A stretch of 64,000 nt of DNA from Desulfurococcales archaeon. Its GTDB lineage: Archaea; Thermoproteota; Thermoprotei_A; Sulfolobales; WANQ01. The notes beneath the pieces are model-generated. The model was given only the letters and a program-made list of their open reading frames with translations, was not told the DNA's origin and did no database searches. Within the stretch, counting starts at the first letter, position 1, and every line of letters begins with the position of its first letter. Position numbers and translations under genes: made by a program. The stretch spans positions 18,479-82,478 of the forward strand of contig JALVFK010000086.1 in NCBI GenBank assembly GCA_027030065.1. Direction: 5' to 3'. Positions 20,155 through 28,782 of the stretch are shown in pieces.

Positions 20155-20158
20155 GGAA

Positions 20159-20374
20159 ATGAGCTACCCATACCCCTACCCACTCTATCCTCCCGCGTAC
20201 CCCTATCCATACCCGTTGCCAGTAGATCCAGCATATATGATGTACTGGATGATCCAGTGGATAACATATCCATACTATTATGCGCTAACACTAGAAATGT
20301 ATAAGACAATGATAGAGGTTTGGAAGAAAACACTAGAAGCATTAACTAAAACACTAGAACAGAAAACAAGCTAA
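20159..20374 (+). CDS. Pro/Tyr-repeat protein with C-terminal amphipathic helix (71 aa)
   Basis: In-frame ATG 4 nt after the previous TAG, preceded by GGAGGTGG. 'YPYPYPLYPPAYPYPYPLP' then 'LEMYKTMIEVWKKTLEALTKTLEQ'. Confidence 0.5.
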   Translation: MSYPYPYPLYPPAYPYPYPLPVDPAYMMYWMIQWITYPYYYALTLEMYKTMIEVWKKTLEALTKTLEQKTS

Positions 20375-20386
20375 GAGAGGATAACC

Positions 20387-20749
20387 ATGTACTGGTGGTA
20401 TAGGTTTTGGAGAAGAATGATGTATTATCCACCACCGCCCCCACCAATCTATTATCCACCTTACCCCTATCAATACCCCTATCAGCAAACCCCCCAGCAA
20501 GCACAGCAACCACAAACTCAGCAGCAACAACAGCCAATACCTCTAACACCATATTATCCACCCATGCCGATGCCACCACTACCACCATATCCGCAGACAC
20601 CAGAAGAAGAACTAGCAATGCTTGAAGAATACAAGAAGGCATTAGAAGAAGATCTAAAGGATCTCCAAGAAGAGATTAAGAGCGTAGAGGAGAGAATCAA
20701 GGAATTAAAGAAAATCATTGAGGAAAGGAGAAGAAATACCCCATTCTAA
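20387..20749 (+). CDS. aromatic/Pro/Gln-rich protein with C-terminal coiled coil (DUF5320-like)
   Basis: 'MYWWYRFWRR', 'PPPPPP', 'QQTPQQAQQPQTQQQQQP', then the heptad coiled coil 'EEELAMLEEYKKALEEDLKDLQEEIKSVEERIKELKK'. Confidence 0.65.
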   Translation: MYWWYRFWRRMMYYPPPPPPIYYPPYPYQYPYQQTPQQAQQPQTQQQQQPIPLTPYYPPMPMPPLPPYPQTPEEELAMLEEYKKALEEDLKDLQEEIKSVEERIKELKKIIEERRRNTPF

Positions 20750-20772
20750 ATTTTTCTCCAATAATCTTTTTC

Positions 20773-21927
20773 TTAGTCTAGAGGAGAATAACCTGTTCTA
20801 AGTATTCTACGATACTCTAGATCCGTTTCCTTCATCTTGATGATCCTTGCCTTCACTACACCGTTCTCAAGAGTTGTAACTTGAGCTAATGCTACATGTA
20901 CTCCGAGCTTATCCATATATTCTATGAATTCGTCTAGTACTTTTATGTCTGGTACCCTTATAATGTATTCCTCGTATACAGCTCCTCCTTCTTCTATCAA
21001 CTTTATACTATCAATTGCTGGTTTTAGTATCGATAAACCGAGTCTCTTAGCTCTCTCTTCGAGTTCCTCTTCACTTAATCCTTCTTCATAGATCTTCCAT
21101 ATCTCACGTAGTATCCGTGAGAAAAGGAATCCTCTGCCTTCATCAAAGGGGTATTTCATTCCAAGCTCTAAGTCGTGAAAATGTGTATAGCTTGTAGTAT
21201 ACTTTAATGCTTTTACACGATGCTTGGGGTCCTTTAACACTATTCCCTCTCGCTCTTCTCTCTCAAGCTTACGGATAATCTCTTTCACAGAATCTAGATC
21301 GTTTTTATCTATGACTCCAAGTCTTCTAACACGCTTTAATCCAACATCATCTATTATCTCGTTTCTCTCTGTTACTGGTATGAAGAATCTACCACGCATT
21401 ATATCGAATACATAGTAGTCGAAGGTAGGAGCTTCCGGATAATAATGTTGTACATAGGGGTTTTCAGTCCCAATAACCTCACCGCATACAACAAGGTCTT
21501 CTCCATATTTTTTAAACAAGTTTCTCAAGAACTCCTCGTAAAGCATTCTTATCCTAGCAGTAGTGTATGGGCATATGTATCCTCCACGCGTAATAGCTAG
21601 TATTTGATCGGCGAACAATACTACTCTAACATTATATCCGTCAAGTTTTTCTTCAACTACTACGTCGTCTATGAAGTGTCTAGGTATTGCTTTAAGTAAT
21701 AGAATTCTCTGAATACTAGGATAACCATGTACTATCCTAACTTCTCCATCCTTAACAAGTATTGTTGTACCCTCCCTAAACTTCTTCCACTCACGTCTAA
21801 AGACTAGATAACCTATACCATGATACTCCATTGGTCTAAGCGTACGCCTCTCTATAAGGTCTTTTAGGACTCCTTCCTCTATGCCTAGCTTATTGGAAAC
21901 ACTCTTAAGTATATTATTAAGAGCCAA
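20773..21927 (-). CDS. ATP-dependent RNA ligase, Rnl3 (Pab1020) family
   Basis: Nucleotidyltransferase motif I 'VVEEKLDGYNVRV'. About 380 aa, with the N- and C-terminal domain layout of archaeal RNA ligases. Confidence 0.8.
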   Translation of the reverse strand: MALNNILKSVSNKLGIEEGVLKDLIERRTLRPMEYHGIGYLVFRREWKKFREGTTILVKDGEVRIVHGYPSIQRILLLKAIPRHFIDDVVVEEKLDGYNVRVVLFADQILAITRGGYICPYTTARIRMLYEEFLRNLFKKYGEDLVVCGEVIGTENPYVQHYYPEAPTFDYYVFDIMRGRFFIPVTERNEIIDDVGLKRVRRLGVIDKNDLDSVKEIIRKLEREEREGIVLKDPKHRVKALKYTTSYTHFHDLELGMKYPFDEGRGFLFSRILREIWKIYEEGLSEEELEERAKRLGLSILKPAIDSIKLIEEGGAVYEEYIIRVPDIKVLDEFIEYMDKLGVHVALAQVTTLENGVVKARIIKMKETDLEYRRILRTGYSPLD

Positions 21928-22020
21928 TTCTGCTTAAACCCTAGAGCCTTTACTTAACAAAGACTAATAATCCTAACTATACATTACCAGGAAAGATACC
22001 TCATAGACACACCTATAAAG

Positions 22021-22085
22021 TCAGCCGAGGGTACTCAACCACACCTAGAGTAAGGGGGTTCTTCGGCCCTAAAGCGTCTCATCAT
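22021..22085 (-). ncRNA. C/D box-like sRNA candidate (weak second half)
   Basis: Minus strand reads ATGATGA-gacgctttaggg(12)-CCGA ... gagtaccctcgg-CTGA, 65 nt in total, in a GC-rich island. No convincing C' box. Confidence 0.3.
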
Positions 22086-22186
22086 CCTTAGAGATTACTG
22101 GGTAAAACAGTTTATTTATACTTGTCTCAACGCTACAATATAGTAGGTATATAGTTAATAAATACTACCTAGTCAAGCAGAAGATA

Positions 22187-22879
22187 ATGAGGGTACCATG
22201 GTGGTGCTCTATGATGGTGTTCGTCATTGATACTAGCGGTATAACTGATCCAAGGCTTAGAGAAGCGCTAGGTGTATCTAGTCTAGAGGAAGTCGTCGAT
22301 AAACTAGCAGATCTAATGACTACTGCGAGGATAAAACTGGGTATGACCTTCTACATGCCTCCTTCAATGTTTGAGGAATTGAAGAGATTCCTATTGAGAA
22401 ACAATGTCAGAGTAGAAGTAGTAAACAAGCTCGCAGCAGTACTAGTCGTTAAAGCGCCGGATAAGATTCGAACCCAGATACCAGCAATTGTTATGTCAAA
22501 GTATGTTGAAGAAATAGCTAAGCGCTTATTTAAGGGTCTAAGAGTAGCTGAAGAAAGTGTTAGAAAGACTGCAAGAACATTTGCAAAAACTGGTTCCGAT
22601 AGGAGTAGAGGATTCGAGAAAAGCCGTGTAGACAAACTTGTAGGCGATATAATACACGATCTAAGAGAAAAGTATCGAGAAGCAACACGAAAGGGGGTAG
22701 TAGACACCGTTGTAGATTTTGATGCAGTAATGTTAGCCGTAGAGCTACGTGCAACTATGGTTACAAACGATGAAGGCATAAAGAGGCTTTGCGAAGACCT
22801 CGGTATAATAGTTGTAGACCCATTAACATTTCTCGAAATGCTTAAACGCTTCCAAGAATATGCGGAAAGATCAAGATAA
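22187..22879 (+). CDS. PIN-like protein, HARP / RNA-free RNase P (UPF0278) homolog
   Basis: 'MVFVIDTSGITDP' (true start probably ATG 22211/22214), 'GLRVAEE', 'LREKYREATRKG' and 'VTNDEGI'. These closely match motifs I recall from Aquifex Aq_880. Confidence 0.7.
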   Translation: MRVPWWCSMMVFVIDTSGITDPRLREALGVSSLEEVVDKLADLMTTARIKLGMTFYMPPSMFEELKRFLLRNNVRVEVVNKLAAVLVVKAPDKIRTQIPAIVMSKYVEEIAKRLFKGLRVAEESVRKTARTFAKTGSDRSRGFEKSRVDKLVGDIIHDLREKYREATRKGVVDTVVDFDAVMLAVELRATMVTNDEGIKRLCEDLGIIVVDPLTFLEMLKRFQEYAERSR

Positions 22880-23893
22880 GGTCTCCTTAATTACCTTTAA
22901 GACGTGTTCTAATAACTCGTTTACGCCATAGCCTTTCGCCGCACTTATAGTAAAAACCTTCCCTATGCCCTTACTTAGTAGATAGCCTTTTATCTTCTCG
23001 AACTTCTCTTCGTCAACATCATCTATTTTATTCAACGCTACTACTATGGGCTTGTCAAAGCGCTTGACTATGTCTTCGAAAACGCGTGCTTGTTCTTCAA
23101 TACTATAATAGCAATTCCTTGATACATCGAACAAGTATACTATAACTCCTTTCAAATGCTTTAAAGCCATTATTGCTTGTAGTTCTATAGGATTTCGATC
23201 CTCTAATGGTCTATCAAGTAGTCCAGGAGTATCAATAGCCTGTACCACTAGGTAATCGTTTATTCTTATATGTCCTAGTACAAGGCTTTTTGTTGTAAAG
23301 GGATAAGGTGCTATTTCGGGGGAAGCAGTTGAAATCTTCTTTACAAGTGTTGATTTACCTACCTGAGGCATACCAGCAACTATAATCGTCGGCTTCTCTG
23401 GATCTATACTCGGTATCTTTCTCAGTCTGGGAATATTATCTGCTAGAAAGTCAATGTACTTCCTATTCCTCTTGAGAACACTCATTATCCTTCCTATACC
23501 CTCACGCCTATATCTCTTAGCTTCACGTAGAGTTGGAGCAGTTTTTACGAGTTCTAGATAGCTCCTATATATTTTGTCAACTAGTTTAAGAGCTCTAGCT
23601 AACCGTGTTACAGCGTCCTTATAGTCCTTATATCCCACTAAGACATCAAGGAGGTCACGGTAGAAGGGATGTATGCGGTCGATGAAGGGTAGGCTGTAGA
23701 CTATTTTCTTTAACTCGTTTGAAACTATATTATACACGGTATTCAACTTATTGATTTCATAAGCTCTAGCCCTCCTAGCACCCCTTATCTTCCCCCTAGA
23801 GCCTTCAATTAGCTTCCTATATCTCCTAGTAATTTTTCCCACAATCTCATTATACCTTGGTATTCTCGGTAACTTCTCGTACGGTGATGCCAT
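22871..23893 (-). CDS. NOG1-type GTP-binding protein
   Basis: NOG1 N-terminal helical domain with G1 'GMPQVGKST', G3 'DTPGLLD' and G4 'NKID'. Confidence 0.9.
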   Translation of the reverse strand: MASPYEKLPRIPRYNEIVGKITRRYRKLIEGSRGKIRGARRARAYEINKLNTVYNIVSNELKKIVYSLPFIDRIHPFYRDLLDVLVGYKDYKDAVTRLARALKLVDKIYRSYLELVKTAPTLREAKRYRREGIGRIMSVLKRNRKYIDFLADNIPRLRKIPSIDPEKPTIIVAGMPQVGKSTLVKKISTASPEIAPYPFTTKSLVLGHIRINDYLVVQAIDTPGLLDRPLEDRNPIELQAIMALKHLKGVIVYLFDVSRNCYYSIEEQARVFEDIVKRFDKPIVVALNKIDDVDEEKFEKIKGYLLSKGIGKVFTISAAKGYGVNELLEHVLKVIKETLS

Positions 23894-24018
23894 ATTATGG
23901 TACCTCGAATCCCCATATTACTGTTATTTATAAGGTAATAAGGCTGAGGGAAGTGTATATATGTTCTACGGTTACCCGAGTATTCTCTCAAATAGAAGCG
24001 ATGTGACCGGCTAGTATA

Positions 24019-25788
24019 ATGTATAAATACTACTTCAACTGTATATTTAGAGGTGGTGATTCTGACATGGCGGGAAACACTACTAAGTACGCTATAATAG
24101 GCATAATAATCATCATAATAATAGCTATAGGAGCATACTATGCAACTCAGAAGCCAGCCCAAACAACTACTACGCCGACGACAACATCTTCACCGAGTCC
24201 AACAACTACTTCATCGCCAAGCCCAACAACCACGACAGCTCCTCCAAAAACAGTAGAGTTGACGGGAGACTTTAACAAAGACATTATCGCTGTAGGTAAG
24301 GCACTAGAAGCCAACGGTATAAGCGAGGTAAAATTCACTGTATGGGCTGCTGGAGACCCCAACAGCGTTATGAGAATATACGGTATCTATGAGGCAGCAC
24401 ACAGAATAAACAAGATATGGGCTGACAATGGTATTAACGTGAAAATAACAGTAAACAAGTACTGGATCTCAGACTTCAACCAACTATACCAGGAATACCT
24501 AAGCAAGCAACCACTAGGTCAAGCGGGAGACTTCTTTGTAGACAGCTACGTATTCATTGGTAGCCTAGCGAAGGAGGGCTATATACTAGACATAACACCA
24601 TGGGTTAACAAGTACTGGGATAGTGTTTTCAGCGACTTCTATAAGCCGCTATGGCAGGGAATGAAGGTAGGCGACAAATACTATGGTATACCACAGGATA
24701 CTGAAGCAAGACCACTATACATACGCAAAGACGTTGCAAAGTGTATAGGATGGGATCTATCAAATGTAGCAGACCTGGTAAAAGAAGGTAAATTCACGTG
24801 GAAAGACGTATATGAGAAAGCAAAGGAAGCAGTAAGTAAAGGCTGCAGTGAATGGGGACTAATACATCGTAAGGGATCAGCGCACCCAGACCTAATACAA
24901 TTCATCTACGCTTTCGGCGGTAAACTCTACGACCCTGAGAAAGACAAGCTAGTACTAGATGTACCAGCAGTATACAAGTGGCTATACGTTGAATGGAAGT
25001 TCGCACAAGACGGACTACTACCAAAAGACATAATGTCATGGGACTGGGCTAAACAAATACACCCAACAATAGTTGAAGGAAAGACACTATTTGATATAGG
25101 TGGAACATGGTACTGGACCGAGTGGCAAACCAAGGACTACTACACAGACCCCAATACGGGTGAGAAGAGAGGACTAAAACCAGAGGAAGTAAAAGAATGG
25201 TTCTACTACACATTATTCCCAGCTGGAGAAGAGGGACTAAAACCAGTAACCCTAAGCCAGCCCTTCGCATGGATGATAAACTCCAGAGCTGGTGAACAGA
25301 ACCCTAAGTACGATGAACTCAAAGACTTATACCACAAGCTAGCGTTCCTCATAGTCGTTAAGGCAAGCGATCCAGACATAAACGCCATACACAGCGTCAT
25401 AAGCGCTCATGTACCAGTGAGGAAAAAGGCAACCGAGCTACTATATGATAAGGACTGGATCAACAAGCTAGTAAACCTTCAACTAGACCTAGCACCAGAA
25501 GTAAAAGATAACATAAAGGACATAGTGGCTACAACTGTTAATGAGATAAACGTAGAGTTCCTAGCGAACGTAAGCTATATGTTAGACTACACCCATATGG
25601 CGCCAAACCATCCAAAGTACCCAGCACTAGCAGACATATTCGCTGAAACAGTTGATCAAGTACTAAGAGGGCAAATGACACCCGAGGAAGCAGTACAGCA
25701 CATAATAAGTAGAATACAAGCAGACCCTGAGCTATCACAAGCAGTAGAAATAGTAGGAGAAATACCCGGTGGTTGGCAATTTCCCTAA
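24019..25788 (+). CDS. sugar ABC transporter substrate-binding protein (family 1), N-terminally anchored
   Basis: Likely start at ATG 24067. TM helix 'YAIIGIIIIIIIAIGAYYA', then a Thr/Ser/Pro linker with the tandem 'TTTSSPSP', then a family-1-like body. Confidence 0.85.
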   Translation: MYKYYFNCIFRGGDSDMAGNTTKYAIIGIIIIIIIAIGAYYATQKPAQTTTTPTTTSSPSPTTTSSPSPTTTTAPPKTVELTGDFNKDIIAVGKALEANGISEVKFTVWAAGDPNSVMRIYGIYEAAHRINKIWADNGINVKITVNKYWISDFNQLYQEYLSKQPLGQAGDFFVDSYVFIGSLAKEGYILDITPWVNKYWDSVFSDFYKPLWQGMKVGDKYYGIPQDTEARPLYIRKDVAKCIGWDLSNVADLVKEGKFTWKDVYEKAKEAVSKGCSEWGLIHRKGSAHPDLIQFIYAFGGKLYDPEKDKLVLDVPAVYKWLYVEWKFAQDGLLPKDIMSWDWAKQIHPTIVEGKTLFDIGGTWYWTEWQTKDYYTDPNTGEKRGLKPEEVKEWFYYTLFPAGEEGLKPVTLSQPFAWMINSRAGEQNPKYDELKDLYHKLAFLIVVKASDPDINAIHSVISAHVPVRKKATELLYDKDWINKLVNLQLDLAPEVKDNIKDIVATTVNEINVEFLANVSYMLDYTHMAPNHPKYPALADIFAETVDQVLRGQMTPEEAVQHIISRIQADPELSQAVEIVGEIPGGWQFP

Positions 25789-25820
25789 ACAACTAGTGGG
25801 ATTAGAGCTGGTGGGGCAAT

Positions 25821-26774
25821 GTGAAGAAAAATATTTTTTCAACAAATAAGGTCCAACTCCTAATCTTCCTCCTACCTGCTTTCCTCATAGTCTTGTTATT
25901 CTATATAATACCCATAATAATAACAGTCTACGTTAGCTTTACACCCATGAGAAACTGGAATATAGACAAGTACTTCAACGTAATAGTGGGGCTCCAAAAC
26001 TATAACCGATTATTCTCACTCATAACTCGTGATCCTGTGGCTAGACAAGTAGTCATGAACACCGTAGTGTTCGTAGCTATAACATTAGCAATAAACGTCC
26101 TGGGAGGCCTTGGACTAGCTCTAGCAAACTTCTTTATAGATGAAAGAGTTTCCACGGGATTCCGTACCCTATGGCTTCTCCCACGTATGACCCCTATAGC
26201 AGTATATGGCTTATTATGGTATTATTTCTTTCACGGTAGTAGTATAGGGATGTTGAACTCTATTGCTATGAGCTTGGGATTGATAAAGAAGCCTATTGCG
26301 TGGGGGCAGGAAGTCATACCGTGGGGTCCCTGGTCTATTATAATAATTGTTAATGGGTTTGTTGGAGTAAGCTTTGGAATGGTTATATTCTATTCAGCCC
26401 TAAAATCTATTCCAAGAGAACTTATTATTGCGGCTAGAGTAGACGGTGCAAGTAATTGGAAGCTCACAACGAACATTCTAATACCGCTGCTCAGATGGCA
26501 CCTATTATTCGTAACAACATGGCAATTACTAAGCCTTTTAACAACTTATGCACACACTTTCCTATTAGTAGAGTGGGGAGTAGTTAGCCGAACCTATGGT
26601 CAGACATGGGCTCTCTACGTATTCAATACAGCTTTTGGTAGGGGGGAACAAGACCAAGGATTAGCAGCAGCTGCTGCAGTGATCCTAGTTATATTTGGAG
26701 CAATACTTGGATGGATTACTGTTAGGGCTCTAGGATTCAATAAGATGATAACTAAGCCTAAAGGTGATATATGA
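25821..26774 (+). CDS. sugar ABC transporter permease (MalF-like)
   Basis: Six TM helices and the EAA loop 'IIAARVDGASNWKLTTNILIPLL'. Confidence 0.9.
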   Translation: MKKNIFSTNKVQLLIFLLPAFLIVLLFYIIPIIITVYVSFTPMRNWNIDKYFNVIVGLQNYNRLFSLITRDPVARQVVMNTVVFVAITLAINVLGGLGLALANFFIDERVSTGFRTLWLLPRMTPIAVYGLLWYYFFHGSSIGMLNSIAMSLGLIKKPIAWGQEVIPWGPWSIIIIVNGFVGVSFGMVIFYSALKSIPRELIIAARVDGASNWKLTTNILIPLLRWHLLFVTTWQLLSLLTTYAHTFLLVEWGVVSRTYGQTWALYVFNTAFGRGEQDQGLAAAAAVILVIFGAILGWITVRALGFNKMITKPKGDI

Positions 26775-27649
26775 TGCAGTTGTGGGATGTCGAAGTAAAG
26801 TCTAGGAAGATAGAAATAGTATTGATCCTCGCAGTATTCCTAGCGAGTTTACCCCTAATATTGAACTATGGTCTACTAATACTTTCAAGTTTTAGTACTG
26901 AAATGGTTACGAATCTTGACCCAACATCTTTTAGGCCTACAATAGATAACTGGATACTACTCTTTGAGGGACGCTTATCTGTAACTGGTGGTGTTAGAGA
27001 AGACGTTGTAAGATACACGATTAACACGGCAATAGTTGCACTAGGTGTTGCTGGAGTAGTAGTATTGGTTAGCGTTATGGCTGGCTACGCTATGTCTCGA
27101 ATGAACTTTAAGGGTAGGAGCCTTATAATGCAGATGATTCTTCTCCTCCACGCTTTTCCTGGTGTGGCATTAATAATAGCGGTCTACCTTATATTTAGAG
27201 CAACCCTTCCATCCGATATAGAGCTAGCCCGCATATATTCTTTCGCATATGTTATAGTAGCGAGAGCGGCGTTGGAGATTCCCATGTCTATTTGGTTGAT
27301 AAAAGGATTCTTCGATAGAGTTCCATGGGAGGTTGAATGGGCCGCCATAATAGATGGTGCTTCAAGATTGAGAGTGTGGAGAGAAGTCATGTTACCAATG
27401 GTTAAACCCGGTATAGCTGCAATAGCGATATTCGCTTTTCTTGCTGGATGGGAGGATCTAATATATGTTAGAACTTTCTTGTTTGATCGAACACTTGCAA
27501 CCTATATAGAATCTAATATAAACGTAGAATTCGCATACATGCCCCTCCTAGCAGCAGCTGGAACCCTATATTTGCTTCCAACTATTCTATTCTTCATTTT
27601 AACTCAAAGACTCTTACTCGAGACAAGTACTGGAGGAATAAAAGGGTGA
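26771..27649 (+). CDS. sugar ABC transporter permease (MalG-like)
   Basis: 'WAAIIDGASRLRVWREVMLPMVKPG' EAA loop. 4-nt overlap with the upstream gene. Confidence 0.9.
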   Translation: MMQLWDVEVKSRKIEIVLILAVFLASLPLILNYGLLILSSFSTEMVTNLDPTSFRPTIDNWILLFEGRLSVTGGVREDVVRYTINTAIVALGVAGVVVLVSVMAGYAMSRMNFKGRSLIMQMILLLHAFPGVALIIAVYLIFRATLPSDIELARIYSFAYVIVARAALEIPMSIWLIKGFFDRVPWEVEWAAIIDGASRLRVWREVMLPMVKPGIAAIAIFAFLAGWEDLIYVRTFLFDRTLATYIESNINVEFAYMPLLAAAGTLYLLPTILFFILTQRLLLETSTGGIKG

Positions 27650-27655
27650 AACAAA

Positions 27656-28771
27656 ATGGTAAGTGTAAGACTAGAAAAAGTAACCAAGAAGTTCGGGAAA
27701 GTAGTAGCAGTCAATAACGTAGACTTAGAAATAGAAGAAGGAGAATTCATGGCCCTCTTAGGGCCAAGTGGATCTGGTAAATCTACGCTACTATACCTTA
27801 TTGCAGGGATCTATAAGCCGACATCGGGTAAGATATTCTTTGATGATCGTGATGTAACTAATCTACCACCACGTGAACGTAATGTAGGCCTTGTTTTCCA
27901 AAACTATGCTCTCTACCCACACATGAAGGTCTTCGACAACATAGCCTTCCCATTAAAGATTAAGAAGGTTCCAAAAGAGGAGATAAGGAGAAAAGTATTC
28001 GAAGTAGCTAAGCTTCTAAGAATAGAACACCTATTAGACCGTTACCCGGGTCAGCTTAGTGGCGGACAACAACAACGTGTTGCTATTGCGAGAGCACTAG
28101 TAAAAGAGCCGCAAGTCCTCTTATTGGATGAGCCTCTAAGTAATCTAGACGCTCTATTGCGTGTAAGTGTTCGTTCTGAGCTCAAGAGGCTTCAGAAGAA
28201 TCTAGGTATAACTGCTATCTATGTTACCCATGATCAAGCTGAGGCAATGGCTTTAGCTGATAGAATAGCCATTATAAATGAAGGAGTTATACAGCAAGTC
28301 GACCTACCAGAAGTAGTATACAATAGGCCTAAGAACATGTTTGTAGGAGGATTCATAGGGAATCCTCCAATGAATTTTGTGGAAGCAGGAGTAGAATACA
28401 ATGAGACAGTGAAACTAATTGTTGGAGAAGACTCTGTATGGCTACCACAAGAATACATTGAGATACTGAGAAAGCTGAAGCTTCAAAAAGTAGTTCTCGG
28501 CTTTAGGCCCGAGGATGTATTGGTCCTAAAGGATGAGAGACAAGTAGAACCCGGTAGCTCTGTTATAAGAGGAGAGATATTTACAGTAGAACCTATGGGC
28601 AGAGAAGTTCTCCTAACCGTAATGATAGGTGAGACGATGGTTAAAGTATATGCACCACCAACCCAATATTACTCTATGGGTGATAAAGTATTCCTACAGA
28701 TAAATCCAGCTAAGCTCAGATTATTCGATCCAGATACTACTATCGCTCTAGAATATCTTGTGAAAACCTAG
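27656..28771 (+). CDS. sugar ABC transporter ATPase (MalK-like)
   Basis: 'GPSGSGKST', 'LSGGQQQRV', 'LLLDEPLSNLD' and a C-terminal regulatory beta domain. Confidence 0.95.
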   Translation: MVSVRLEKVTKKFGKVVAVNNVDLEIEEGEFMALLGPSGSGKSTLLYLIAGIYKPTSGKIFFDDRDVTNLPPRERNVGLVFQNYALYPHMKVFDNIAFPLKIKKVPKEEIRRKVFEVAKLLRIEHLLDRYPGQLSGGQQQRVAIARALVKEPQVLLLDEPLSNLDALLRVSVRSELKRLQKNLGITAIYVTHDQAEAMALADRIAIINEGVIQQVDLPEVVYNRPKNMFVGGFIGNPPMNFVEAGVEYNETVKLIVGEDSVWLPQEYIEILRKLKLQKVVLGFRPEDVLVLKDERQVEPGSSVIRGEIFTVEPMGREVLLTVMIGETMVKVYAPPTQYYSMGDKVFLQINPAKLRLFDPDTTIALEYLVKT

Positions 28772-28782
28772 CTTCTTTATCT

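Noticed and set aside
19816-20158. Track starts at 19816 (MCNCTEFLGEN...) and 20039 (MDGAGGAG...)
   Set aside because: The first 11 codons of 19816 precede the SD-like GGGTGA and the ATG at 19849. The 20039 ORF overlaps ORF1 in another frame for 120 nt, and the in-frame ATG at 20159, just after ORF1's stop, is the more plausible start.
20346-20642. 98-aa minus-strand ORF and 72-aa alternative-frame ORF (20407..20625) inside the low-complexity cassette
   Set aside because: They are by-products of the repetitive CCN/CAR/TAY codon runs of ORF3. Only the plus-strand frame continues into a well-formed coiled coil and has an ATG preceded by a purine-rich element.
24160-24250. Tandem TTTSSPSP repeats in the sugar-binding protein, and the Thr/Pro tract at 6480-6660
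   Set aside because: These are ordinary O-glycosylation-type linkers that tether archaeal solute-binding proteins to the membrane. They are not independent repeat elements.
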